Sequence record: SRR31156797_335 | Strand: one strand, 5' to 3' | Length of the DNA: 20,000 nucleotides | Part shown: positions 1 to 8,817 of the stretch, one piece after another | How positions within the stretch are numbered: position 1 is the stretch's first letter | Layout of the letters: every line of letters begins with the position of its first letter | Made by a program: the position numbers and the translations under genes | The notes under the pieces: generated by a model | Seen by the model: only the letters and a program-made list of their open reading frames with translations | Database searches by the model: none | What the model was told of the DNA's origin: nothing

Positions 1-1134
1 TCCAATATTTATGAAAATGGAAAGAATGAACGTAAACACGAGGTTTCGACGTAGTTTTTTAAACCACAACAATTGTGGAGAAATAACATTACAAGTCATC
101 ATTATGGCATAAGCCCACCAATATGGTCCGGTTGCACGATTCAAAAATGCATATTGCTCATATTCCACTCCCGAATACCAGGCAATAAACAACTCAGTGA
201 TATAAGCAATACCAACAATTGAACCTGTTGCAATAATAATTTTATTCATCGATTCGATGTGCCCAACCGTTATGTAGTTCTCTAAATTCAACACTTTTCG
301 TGTGATAATTAACAAGGTAAGCACCATGGCAAATCCCGAAAATATTGCCCCTGAAACAAAATATGGTGGAAATATGGTGGTATGCCAACCTGGAATTACT
401 GATGTTGCAAAATCGGAACTTACAATACTATGAACCGACAGTACAAGAGGTGCTGCCAATCCAGCTAATATTAAACTAATGGTTTCATGTCTGCTCCAAT
501 GTTTTGCAGATCCGGTCCAACCAAAACTTAAGAAACCGTAGATTGCTTTCTTAAATTTAGATTTCATTCTATCTCGTATAGTTCCGATATCAGGAATTAA
601 GCCTACATACCAAAATAGAAGTGATACACTAAAATAAGTACTAATTGCGAACACATCCCACAATAGTGGCGAGTTAAAGTTCACCCATAAATCACGCGTA
701 TTTGGATATGGAAATACAAAGAAACCCAAAAGTGGTCGTCCCATGTGGATTAATGGAAACAATCCAGCACACATAACCGCAAAAAGTGTCATTGCCTCGG
801 CTGAACGGTTGATACTTGTTCTCCATTTTTGTCGAAACAAGAGCAATATTGCAGAAATAAATGTACCGGCATGACCAATACCTACCCACCAAACAAAGTT
901 GGTAATTCCCCAACCCCATCCAATAGTTTTGTTCAATCCCCAGGTTCCTATTCCTTCCCAAATGGTGTAAGCCATCATAAGCAGTCCAAATAGCAAGGCG
1001 GAAGAAGTTAAAGCTATCCCTGCATACCAAGCCTTTCCTGCTTTTCCTTCAATAGGAGCAGATATTTCATCTGTTATTTTTTTGTAAGTCTTTTCCCCTG
1101 TTATAAGAGGCTCTCTAATTGGCGACACATACAT
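1..1134 (-). CDS. actC: Alternative complex III quinol-binding membrane subunit ActC (NrfD/PsrC family), 3' end outside window
   Basis: Not in ORF track (no stop inside window). Manual translation from ATG at 1134: MYVSPIREPLITGEKTY...WGITNFVWWVGIGHAGTFISAILLLFRQKWRTSINRSAEAMT...IHMGRP...WVNFNSPLLWDVFAISTY...SVHSIVSSDFATSVIPGWHTTIFPPYF; open to base 1; begins 10 nt after the actB stop. Confidence 0.95.
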   Translation of the reverse strand, partial: MYVSPIREPLITGEKTYKKITDEISAPIEGKAGKAWYAGIALTSSALLFGLLMMAYTIWEGIGTWGLNKTIGWGWGITNFVWWVGIGHAGTFISAILLLFRQKWRTSINRSAEAMTLFAVMCAGLFPLIHMGRPLLGFFVFPYPNTRDLWVNFNSPLLWDVFAISTYFSVSLLFWYVGLIPDIGTIRDRMKSKFKKAIYGFLSFGWTGSAKHWSRHETISLILAGLAAPLVLSVHSIVSSDFATSVIPGWHTTIFPPYFVSGAIFSGFAMVLTLLIITRKVLNLENYITVGHIESMNKIIIATGSIVGIAYITELFIAWYSGVEYEQYAFLNRATGPYWWAYAIMMTCNVISPQLLWFKKLRRNLVFTFILSIFINIG

Positions 1135-1144
1135 AGGCGCGGTT

Positions 1145-4108
1145 TTATGATTCGTTCGACTTTTTGTTTCTAATTTTCGTTAAATAACTAACCGATGGAA
1201 GAGTGTGAATTTCCTCCAGAAGATGGTAATTTCTCTTACTAGAAGTTTCCTTTACCAACTTACTTTCCTTATTATTCAAATCTCCAAAAATGATGGCTCC
1301 GGAAGGACAAGCTTGTTCACAAGCCGTTTTAATTTCCCCATCTTTGACTTTTCGACCATCAATTTTCGCATTTAATTTTCCTTCCTGAATTCTCTGAACA
1401 CACAAAGAGCACTTCTCTATAACTCCCTTTGCTCTTACGGTTACATCTGGATTGAGAACCATACGTTTCAAATCAATGGTCATCTCTGCCACATCATGCA
1501 AATTATTTGGAATCGAATCGGCTTTTGTATAATCAAACCAATTGAATCGACGTACTTTATACGGACAATTATTTCCACAATACCTGGTCCCAATACACCT
1601 ATTGTAAGCCATTTGATTCAATCCCTCCGAACTATGGTTGGTAGCAGCAACAGGACAAACATTTTCGCATGGTGCATTATCGCAATGCTGACACATTACC
1701 GGTTGATAGGATACATCTGGATTAAAGTCATCGCCTGAGAAATACCTATCGATACGAATCCATGACATTTCGTGAGCACGAATTACCTCTTTTTTTCCAA
1801 CAACAGGAACATTATTTTCTACCTGACAAGCCACTGAACAAGCTCCACAACCAACGCAAGAATTCAAATCAACCACCAGTCCCCAATGATGATTCGGGAA
1901 TGTTGGTTTTTCGTAAATGGATGCATTTTCGAATTTGTGGTGTGCTTCGTTTCCTGCAGCAGGATTATCTTTATACTCGTCTAAATTAGCCTCTCGCACA
2001 ATAGCTCTCCCCTCCATAGAGTGATGAGTTTGTGTCATTGCCAATTCATAAATTTCTTCTGTTTTCTTTAACTCAACTCCTTTTTTATCAAGCTCTTTTA
2101 AGGAACTCACATTAACACCAACATTTTTCCCAACAACACCAGATACTTTTCTTCCATATCCCGATGCTACAGCTACAGTATTGTATGCTTGTCCTGGTAA
2201 AATGTAAATAGGCAATTTATGTCCTGAGTTTAACTCCACCACATCGCCTGTTGAAAGGCTTAGCTCCTCCGCTTGTTTCGGTGAAATTGTAAGATAATTA
2301 TCCCAACAAACTTTGCTGATAGGATCAGGCATTTCCTGCAACCAAGGATTGTTTGCCATTCGACCATCTCCTACTGCAATAGATTCATAAACCTGTAGTT
2401 CTATTTTATTACTCTGTGAGGATTTGGTCATTTTATTCATTAAAACATCAAATCCTTTGGCATTCAATTTTGTATTAAATGATGATTTAAAGGATGGCTC
2501 AAATACTCCTTGCTGCAAGGTATTGTTCCAAAATGTAATGAAGTTTGGATAGGCAGCTTGCATTGGATACATGTTCTTTTCCCAATATCTTTTTAAGTAT
2601 TGCAAGTAATCAGGGCTTTCACCCATCCAAGTCAGCAATGATGCTTGAAATTGTCTGGTATCAAACAGTGGGCGAATTCCTGGTTGCATCAAACTAAAGC
2701 GAGATGTTTTTGGTTCAAAATCACTCCAACTCTCTAAAAAATGATTGTCTGGAGCAGACATTTTCATTAATACCGATGTTTCATTTGGAGCCTCATCCAT
2801 TGATAATGTAAAGCCAACTTTCCGTAAGGCTTCCCCAAATTCTTTTCCTTTAGAATAATCAAAAACCGGATTAACATCTGCTGTAATCAATCCTTTTACC
2901 TTGCCAGATTTTAGATCTGATAAAAGATTTTCCATATCAGAATCAACAGCCTGCAGGGTGTTTAGTTTTTTATCAACTCTTAATGTGCTTCCGTAATTTT
3001 CAAGCTCAAAATTGATTGCATTTACCAATATCTGAATGCTAAGATCATTCTCACCCGCTACAACCAAGGACTTCCCTTTTTTCGCCCATAATTCCTTAGC
3101 TATTGCTTTCAAGTCTGCAGAGGCTTCAGTAATTGGATAAGTTGTGCTTCCTTTTAATTTTAGAATTTCATTGTACAGTTGAGCAATTAATCCAGCTTGT
3201 TCCGAAGGCTTAACAGGAATTCTTTGATCTGCATTACTTCCTGTTAGAGACATTCTTGATTCAAACTGGATGTGTCTTGACATAGACGTATTTCCATCAC
3301 TCAATTTTCTCTTTTTGGCATATTGACGTATGTGCTCCACCGGCATGAGCCAATTACCAAGAAAATCTGCATCAAAACTTACAATCATATCGGCATAATC
3401 AAATCGGTAATCCGATATTCCAGCCTCTCCAAAACAGGATTTATTTGCTTGAATCAGAGCTGAAGCAGATTGACTATCGTATTGTACCCATTTTATATTC
3501 GGATACTTCGCAATAAAATTTGTAATTAGTTCAATTGTTGTAGGACTGTAAATTGTTGGAGTAAGCAAAACAACCTGATCTTTTGCATCTCGTAAATCCT
3601 CCAATTCCTTAACAACTAGCTCATCCAACTCTTCCCAGGTAGATTTCTTATCACCAATTTTAGGATTCTTATTTCGACTTATATCGTACAAACCTAAAAC
3701 TGAAGCTTGTACTCGTGAACTTGTTCCTCCATAAGTAACTCCAGATAAATCGTTGCCTTCAATTTTAATAGGTCGACCTTCTCTTGTTTTAATAAGGATA
3801 CTGCAATACTCACTTCCTTTCGCAAAAGTGGACGCATAATAATTTGCCTTACCAGGAGTAACCTCTTCCGGTTTTACCAGATATGGGATGGCTTTTTGAA
3901 CAGAGTTCTCGCAACTAGCCAGAACTGTGCTTATTGCCAAACTGTAGCCACATAACTTTAAAAAATCTCTTCTATTACTTTTCGAATCAGCCTGATCTCC
4001 ATCGAAGATATCCAGAATTTGCTCCAAATTTCCTTTTGGTATTTTATTATCAGGGCTTGTATCTTGTCCGTTTTTACGTTCGGTAAGGCTTTTCCAGTAT
4101 TTCTTCAT
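1145..4108 (-). CDS. actB: Alternative complex III subunit ActB (Tat-exported molybdopterin-oxidoreductase-like domain fused to Fe-S domain)
   Basis: MKKYWKSL N-terminus, twin-arginine NRRDFLK followed by LASC; REGRPIKIEGN; NNPWLQEMPDP; Fe-S motifs CVGCGACSVAC, CQHCDNAPCENVC, CIGTRYCGNNC, CSLC...CEQAC; lies between a multiheme cytochrome and an NrfD gene. Confidence 0.95.
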   Translation of the reverse strand: MKKYWKSLTERKNGQDTSPDNKIPKGNLEQILDIFDGDQADSKSNRRDFLKLCGYSLAISTVLASCENSVQKAIPYLVKPEEVTPGKANYYASTFAKGSEYCSILIKTREGRPIKIEGNDLSGVTYGGTSSRVQASVLGLYDISRNKNPKIGDKKSTWEELDELVVKELEDLRDAKDQVVLLTPTIYSPTTIELITNFIAKYPNIKWVQYDSQSASALIQANKSCFGEAGISDYRFDYADMIVSFDADFLGNWLMPVEHIRQYAKKRKLSDGNTSMSRHIQFESRMSLTGSNADQRIPVKPSEQAGLIAQLYNEILKLKGSTTYPITEASADLKAIAKELWAKKGKSLVVAGENDLSIQILVNAINFELENYGSTLRVDKKLNTLQAVDSDMENLLSDLKSGKVKGLITADVNPVFDYSKGKEFGEALRKVGFTLSMDEAPNETSVLMKMSAPDNHFLESWSDFEPKTSRFSLMQPGIRPLFDTRQFQASLLTWMGESPDYLQYLKRYWEKNMYPMQAAYPNFITFWNNTLQQGVFEPSFKSSFNTKLNAKGFDVLMNKMTKSSQSNKIELQVYESIAVGDGRMANNPWLQEMPDPISKVCWDNYLTISPKQAEELSLSTGDVVELNSGHKLPIYILPGQAYNTVAVASGYGRKVSGVVGKNVGVNVSSLKELDKKGVELKKTEEIYELAMTQTHHSMEGRAIVREANLDEYKDNPAAGNEAHHKFENASIYEKPTFPNHHWGLVVDLNSCVGCGACSVACQVENNVPVVGKKEVIRAHEMSWIRIDRYFSGDDFNPDVSYQPVMCQHCDNAPCENVCPVAATNHSSEGLNQMAYNRCIGTRYCGNNCPYKVRRFNWFDYTKADSIPNNLHDVAEMTIDLKRMVLNPDVTVRAKGVIEKCSLCVQRIQEGKLNAKIDGRKVKDGEIKTACEQACPSGAIIFGDLNNKESKLVKETSSKRNYHLLEEIHTLPSVSYLTKIRNKKSNES

Positions 4109-4163
4109 AGGTATGTCAAAGTAAAAAGTTCAGTAATTGGTTTAGAGATTAATGAATGTGTGC

Positions 4164-5315
4164 TTAGTAGTGGCAGCGTGCACATTCACGTCCTCCAATA
4201 TCGGTAACTCTAACACTATCAATTGCTCCTGTTGCCAATTCTTCATGCAATTTCTTGAATCCTGCAGAATAGTATCCATTCTCTCTAAAATCAACTGCAG
4301 TTTTATCATGACAATCCAAACACCATCCCATTGATAAATCTTCAACTTGTTTTACTACATGCATCTCTTCAACAAGTCCGTGACATTCCTGGCAATCTCG
4401 TTTCCCAACATTCACATGTTGTGCATGATTAAAATAGACATGATCAGGAAGCTGATGAATACGAATCCATTCCACCGGTGTATTATTTTCAATCGCAGCG
4501 TGTATTTTATTGATTTCGAATTTTCCTGAATGGGTTCCCTCTCTTACAATTACATGACAATTCAAACAGAGATTAACATGAGGAATTCCAGCAGATTTAC
4601 TATCATCAACAGTAGTATGACAATAACGACAATCAATTTTATTATCGGTTGCGTGAACTTTATGTGAAAATTTAATTGGCTGATCGGGCGCGTAATTTTG
4701 CTTTCGTCCTAAAGCTGTTGCACTCTCGGCGAGCATTTGAATTTGATATCCAAAGGCGAGCATAAAAACCAAAATAGGTATGATTTTATATTTGATCTTT
4801 TTGGTAAATATCAAATCTATCAATGCTAAAGTGATTAAAGCACCCAAAAAGAAGAAAATAATAATGTTATTAACTCTTGGTTTTTGCTCGTAAACAACAT
4901 CACTATTCAGCTTCTGAAGATAGGATTTGATATATCCAATCTCCTCATCAGAAAATGTATATCCTACATGAGATTCCTCCATTTTTTTTCCAATAGGAGT
5001 CATTAAAACCGAACGAAATTCGGCAATACTTTTCTCTGCAAAAGTATTAGATATCTCAACAGCAGAAGGATTCCAATTCAAGGTATCGCTTGGCACTAAA
5101 TTGTGACATGACACGCAAGACTGCCAATCGGCTTGAACTCTGGTTAATCCTTTAAATAAACGTTCTCCACGCTTCTCGCCGTTTAGAAAATAATCGAAAT
5201 GATTTTCGTGATTATCTGAAGCAAGAGAATCCGAATCACTAGCAATAAGTGACACTGGAATTACAAGCAACAGATTAATAAACAAGGCACATAGTAATCT
5301 GTAGGGTTTACTCAT
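4164..5315 (-). CDS. actA: Alternative complex III multiheme cytochrome c ActA (monoheme domain + TM hairpin + pentaheme domain)
   Basis: Six CxxCH motifs (CVSCH, CRYCH, CLNCH, CQECH, CLDCH, CARCH); PDQPIKFSHKVH, LPDHVYFNHAQH, LSMGWCLDCH signatures; signal peptide and two hydrophobic helices. Confidence 0.95.
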   Translation of the reverse strand: MSKPYRLLCALFINLLLVIPVSLIASDSDSLASDNHENHFDYFLNGEKRGERLFKGLTRVQADWQSCVSCHNLVPSDTLNWNPSAVEISNTFAEKSIAEFRSVLMTPIGKKMEESHVGYTFSDEEIGYIKSYLQKLNSDVVYEQKPRVNNIIIFFFLGALITLALIDLIFTKKIKYKIIPILVFMLAFGYQIQMLAESATALGRKQNYAPDQPIKFSHKVHATDNKIDCRYCHTTVDDSKSAGIPHVNLCLNCHVIVREGTHSGKFEINKIHAAIENNTPVEWIRIHQLPDHVYFNHAQHVNVGKRDCQECHGLVEEMHVVKQVEDLSMGWCLDCHDKTAVDFRENGYYSAGFKKLHEELATGAIDSVRVTDIGGRECARCHY

Positions 5316-5471
5316 AGGTTAGGCATTTAGTACAGATAAGGTTATATAATAGCAAAAACGCAATCGTGCAATGTCAAAATGATTACTTCAATTCTTCTCA
5401 ACCCCTACAATTCATTATCATTACAAGAAGTAATCCGACCAACAATTTCTCGTAAGTAACTCGGTCTCTAC

Positions 5472-5479
5472 CAAATATA
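5472..5479 (-). promoter_or_regulatory. Bacteroidota sigma70 -7 promoter element (TATATTTG) for the act operon
   Basis: Exact TAnnTTTG match on the minus strand about 157 nt upstream of the actA ATG; the -33 position reads TGTG rather than TTTG. Confidence 0.6.
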
Positions 5480-5662
5480 ACAATTTAAACTATTAAATCA
5501 CAGTCCTTTCACATAAGGAAATACAAAATTTCACAATTCATTAAAAGACTTACTTGTCTTTTATTAGATTTTACAAGGGGTTCCCGATTTTAGAAAAACT
5601 TTTAAAAAAAGTGAATTTTCTAAATAAGGATATAAATTAAAGTGTTGGATTGATATGCCTAT

Positions 5663-5697
5663 AAATAAAAGGGTGTTTCGAAAATATCGAAACACCC
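5663..5697 (-). terminator. Intrinsic terminator closing the ompA-to-AIM24 gene cluster
   Basis: Perfect 11-bp stem GGGTGTTTCGA-tattt-TCGAAACACCC (5671-5697) followed by TTTTATTT on the minus strand, 32 nt after the stop at 5730. Confidence 0.9.
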
Positions 5698-5729
5698 AAC
5701 TACCAATCAATTAACTAATCTAAACCTAT

Positions 5730-6500
5730 TTATGACTCTAATAAACTGTTCAAAATTCCACCGCTACTTTCCTTCTGACTATTTAAACTACTTGTACTCA
5801 ACTGACTAATTAATTTTCTGATTGGCATTGATTGTAACCAAACCTTACCTGTTCCTTGCAATGTTGCTAAAAACAAGCCTTCGCCACCAAATACCATCGA
5901 TTTTAAATTCCCTGCTTGCTGAATGCTAAAATCTATTCCTTCCTGAAACCCAACAACACATCCTGTATCCACTCTTAAGGTCTCTCCATTTAATTCATGT
6001 TCTATTAATGTACCTCCCGCATGAATAAACGCTTTTCCGTCACCTTGTAGTTTCTGAAGAATAAATCCTTCGCCTCCAAAAAAACCAGCTCCTAATTTTC
6101 TATTTAAATGCATACTTATCTTTGTACCTAATGCGGCGCATAAGAAGGCATCTCTTTGAACAATTACAGATCCATTTAATTGCTCTAAATCCAAAGGAAC
6201 AATTGTTCCAGGATAGGGTGCTGCAAATGCAACATGGCTTTTACCTTGACCTTGGTGAGTAAAGTGAGTAATGAAAATTGATTCTCCTGTTATCTTCCTG
6301 GCAGCTGCTGACATTAATTTTCCGAAGATACCTTTCTCTGGTTCCGAGCCATCGCCCATTTTTGCCTGAAAATCGATTCCTTCTTTCATATATAGCATTG
6401 CTCCGGCTTCAGCAATTACCGTTTCGTTAGGATCTAATTCAATTTCTACCAATTGAATATCATGTCCTTTAATTTTATAATCTATTTCGTGTGAATTCAT
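5730..6500 (-). CDS. TIGR00266 / AIM24 family protein
   Basis: [81 protein letters not shown] are characteristic of the family. Confidence 0.93.
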   Translation of the reverse strand: MNSHEIDYKIKGHDIQLVEIELDPNETVIAEAGAMLYMKEGIDFQAKMGDGSEPEKGIFGKLMSAAARKITGESIFITHFTHQGQGKSHVAFAAPYPGTIVPLDLEQLNGSVIVQRDAFLCAALGTKISMHLNRKLGAGFFGGEGFILQKLQGDGKAFIHAGGTLIEHELNGETLRVDTGCVVGFQEGIDFSIQQAGNLKSMVFGGEGLFLATLQGTGKVWLQSMPIRKLISQLSTSSLNSQKESSGGILNSLLES

Positions 6501-6537
6501 AATGAGGTTTAGTTTTAAAGTGAATAAATATCTATAG

Positions 6538-7056
6538 CTAGTTTTTCAATCCTACAAATAAGGCTATCGTAAAAACAATTATCTTTTTGAATGCTTGAAA
6601 AAGCATCAACAAACCAATAAAACAAAAGAGTAATGGTCCGTATTTTACAAAGTAGGTAAACAGATTAGCACCTGGTTTTAACAAGGAGATGGAAGGAATT
6701 TCTGGATCGTAGTAGACCATCACCTTTTTGCCGATTGGATATTCTTGTAAATCTTTTTTTACACCAGATGCATTACTACTACTTCCATCTAAGGCGGAAA
6801 TTCTGCTTCCTGCATAAGTTGCTCCATGCACCGAATATTTGTATTCTAAATCTACAGCATACATTCTATCTCCGTCGCTTATGCTAGTTCTTAGGTCTGA
6901 ATAGCTTATTACACCTTCAACACTTGGCCAGGTTTTTGAAGATTCGGCTTCCTCAACAATTGATTCGCTAATGTTTTTATAAAACAGCCAACCTCCAACA
7001 ATAAATACAAGAGCAAATATGAATAATCCAATAGGTGAACTTTGTCTATGTTCCAT
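6538..7056 (-). CDS. DUF3592 domain membrane protein (2 TM segments)
   Basis: [13 protein letters not shown]...[10 protein letters not shown]...[18 protein letters not shown] pattern; ATG at 7056 (172 aa) preferred over 7113 because it avoids overlap with the upstream gene. Confidence 0.85.
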   Translation of the reverse strand: MEHRQSSPIGLFIFALVFIVGGWLFYKNISESIVEEAESSKTWPSVEGVISYSDLRTSISDGDRMYAVDLEYKYSVHGATYAGSRISALDGSSSNASGVKKDLQEYPIGKKVMVYYDPEIPSISLLKPGANLFTYFVKYGPLLFCFIGLLMLFQAFKKIIVFTIALFVGLKN

Positions 7057-7075
7057 ATCTAAACTTTTATAGAAA

Positions 7076-8125
7076 TTAGAATTTAAGTTTATCAAGCATT
7101 CCAAGCATATCATTTTTGCTTATCACTGGATCTGCGGCAATAATTATGTAGGTCTCATATCTAGGAATATCTACAACCAGTGTTACACCATCCTCCTCAT
7201 CCATTGCTCCATACATACATTTAGTCCCATTATGAGTAAATATTTCAAATCCACCTTCCTGAGCAGGATTTCCATTTTTCTTAGATGTAGCTGCTACTGC
7301 AAGACTTCCTGACATACCTTTCATAAACATTGCGGTATAAGTATCCTTGGAATTCATAACAGTCAGTTTTCTGTAACCTTTATAGGAAAAACCATTGATA
7401 ACTTCTTTGAACTTTTGATATGGATATTTTATAGGATACAAATCAAAATCCATTTCATCTTCATCATTATAATCACCCATATCGCCAAACAAAGCCTGCT
7501 GATACTGGCTTTGATCCTCGTAACTAATATTCGAAGGAGGATTAAATTTTGAGGATGAAACGGAAGCATTTTTCACAAATGAAAGAGCAATTTCGTTCGC
7601 TTCTACTCCCAAAATTTTAGCTTCCGATTTCAAGGTAATTCCTTTGTAAATCCAGACCTTTGCACCCATTAAACTTGCTACTTCACAGGTATTACCAAGT
7701 ATTTTTTCGCTTCCTATTATCTCTCCTCCAAAAGCAGTTAACAAATCCTTTCCCATCTGATTTTTCTCCTCTTCGCTCATATCTTCACTAATCTTCTGAA
7801 ACTGACTATATGCAGGAATTGTTCCTTTTTGACCGGTTTTATCGAGTACATTCACTGTCCAAAATTTATCACCTTTCATTATTTGAATGGTATGAGCTTT
7901 ATCCTCACTCTTCATCCCAAATATTTTAGTGACCGTGGTTGCCTTTATTTCGGTATAACTCATTTGCCCGTAATTATCCCACCACAATGATTTTGTACCA
8001 GTTGTATTTCCAGTTAATTTGTATTCAATATGTCCAGATTTCACTGCATATTGTTTTGCTTTTTGTTGAGCATTGATTGTTAGAGTTAATATCAATCCTA
8101 AGATGATCAAGAATATCTGTTTCAT
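7076..8125 (-). CDS. Secreted protein with DUF4412-like N-terminal domain, acidic linker and unknown C-terminal domain
   Basis: ATG at 8125 gives signal peptide MKQIFLIILGLILTLTINA|Q (349 aa); GSEKILGNTCE...KVWIYKGITLK...SKFNPP resembles DUF4412/GLPGLI-type motifs (recognised by eye). Confidence 0.7.
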   Translation of the reverse strand: MKQIFLIILGLILTLTINAQQKAKQYAVKSGHIEYKLTGNTTGTKSLWWDNYGQMSYTEIKATTVTKIFGMKSEDKAHTIQIMKGDKFWTVNVLDKTGQKGTIPAYSQFQKISEDMSEEEKNQMGKDLLTAFGGEIIGSEKILGNTCEVASLMGAKVWIYKGITLKSEAKILGVEANEIALSFVKNASVSSSKFNPPSNISYEDQSQYQQALFGDMGDYNDEDEMDFDLYPIKYPYQKFKEVINGFSYKGYRKLTVMNSKDTYTAMFMKGMSGSLAVAATSKKNGNPAQEGGFEIFTHNGTKCMYGAMDEEDGVTLVVDIPRYETYIIIAADPVISKNDMLGMLDKLKF

Positions 8126-8167
8126 AGTTTTTTGTTTTATTAATGAGTCCGTTTTTTTTAAGTAAAT

Positions 8168-8245
8168 AAAAACTTCCCGTACCTGAGTGGTTTTTAAGGT
8201 TGTGGTTGTAAGTAAATAGTTGAAATACAAGCACAGGAAGTTCTT
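8168..8245 (-). other. Intercistronic RNA stem-loop (15-18 bp stem, 42-nt loop) followed by U-rich tract
   Basis: Minus strand AACTTCCTGTGCTTG (8242-8228) pairs with CAGGTACGGGAAGTT (8185-8171) using 12 Watson-Crick and 3 G-U pairs. Confidence 0.65.
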
Positions 8246-8283
8246 GGTGGTTTATTAAATAGAGTTACTAAATTGTGTTCATA

Positions 8284-8814
8284 TTATAGAATCTCAACTT
8301 CAACATCTAATAATGCCGTTGTTTCAATAGTAAAGCTTAGTGGACGATTGCTAACTGTTCCTGAAATAAGTATTTTCAATTTCTTAGACTGAAGCAATTC
8401 GTTTGATATTGCGTTTAGTTGCTCGGTTGTAAAATTTACACTAAGATCTTGATTTGGAGCAACTGAAGATATTTCAACTTCAGAATTCAAATCAGGGACA
8501 CTCATTTGCAATGAAATAACTTCTCCGCCAGTAACATTTGTAAGCATACATGTTACTGAGTTCACATCAACATCTTCCAATTTGTTCAAATAATCCTTTA
8601 GCTCACTGATATCGTTAAAATCAAGATTAATCTCCTTTGTAAATGAATAATCTTCATCCATTTTTACACTTTGATATTCAGGAGCTGAAACTGTAATGAG
8701 CGTTTGACTTGATAATTCGATATCGTTAAAATCTTTAGTTTTTAAATCATCAACAGAATCACAGGAGGTAAATCCGATTAAAATGGCTGTTAAAGTAAAT
8801 AGTGTCTTTTTCAT
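8284..8814 (-). CDS. Lipoprotein of unknown function
   Basis: MKK + hydrophobic core + lipobox FTS|C, followed by acidic CDSVDD; mature region appears beta-strand-rich. Confidence 0.8.
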   Translation of the reverse strand: MKKTLFTLTAILIGFTSCDSVDDLKTKDFNDIELSSQTLITVSAPEYQSVKMDEDYSFTKEINLDFNDISELKDYLNKLEDVDVNSVTCMLTNVTGGEVISLQMSVPDLNSEVEISSVAPNQDLSVNFTTEQLNAISNELLQSKKLKILISGTVSNRPLSFTIETTALLDVEVEIL

Positions 8815-8817
8815 CTT

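Noticed and set aside
692-1030. 112-aa minus-strand ORF in the track
   Set aside because: Out-of-frame overlap with the real actC frame (1134 to <1)
1145-4108. ActB as an active molybdoenzyme
   Set aside because: The gene context (actA-actB-actC) identifies ACIII, whose ActB is known not to bind a molybdenum cofactor
1496-4529. Short ORFs (1496, 1762, 4019, 4142, 4152, 4347) overlapping actB/actA
   Set aside because: Antisense or alternate-frame shadows of conserved genes with no recognisable motifs
7057-8234. Upstream starts at 7113 and 8230, and the 69-aa ORF 8025-8234
   Set aside because: Non-ATG starts that overlap the neighbouring gene or bury the signal peptide; ATGs at 7056 and 8125 fit better. 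A leader-peptide role for 8025-8234 has no support
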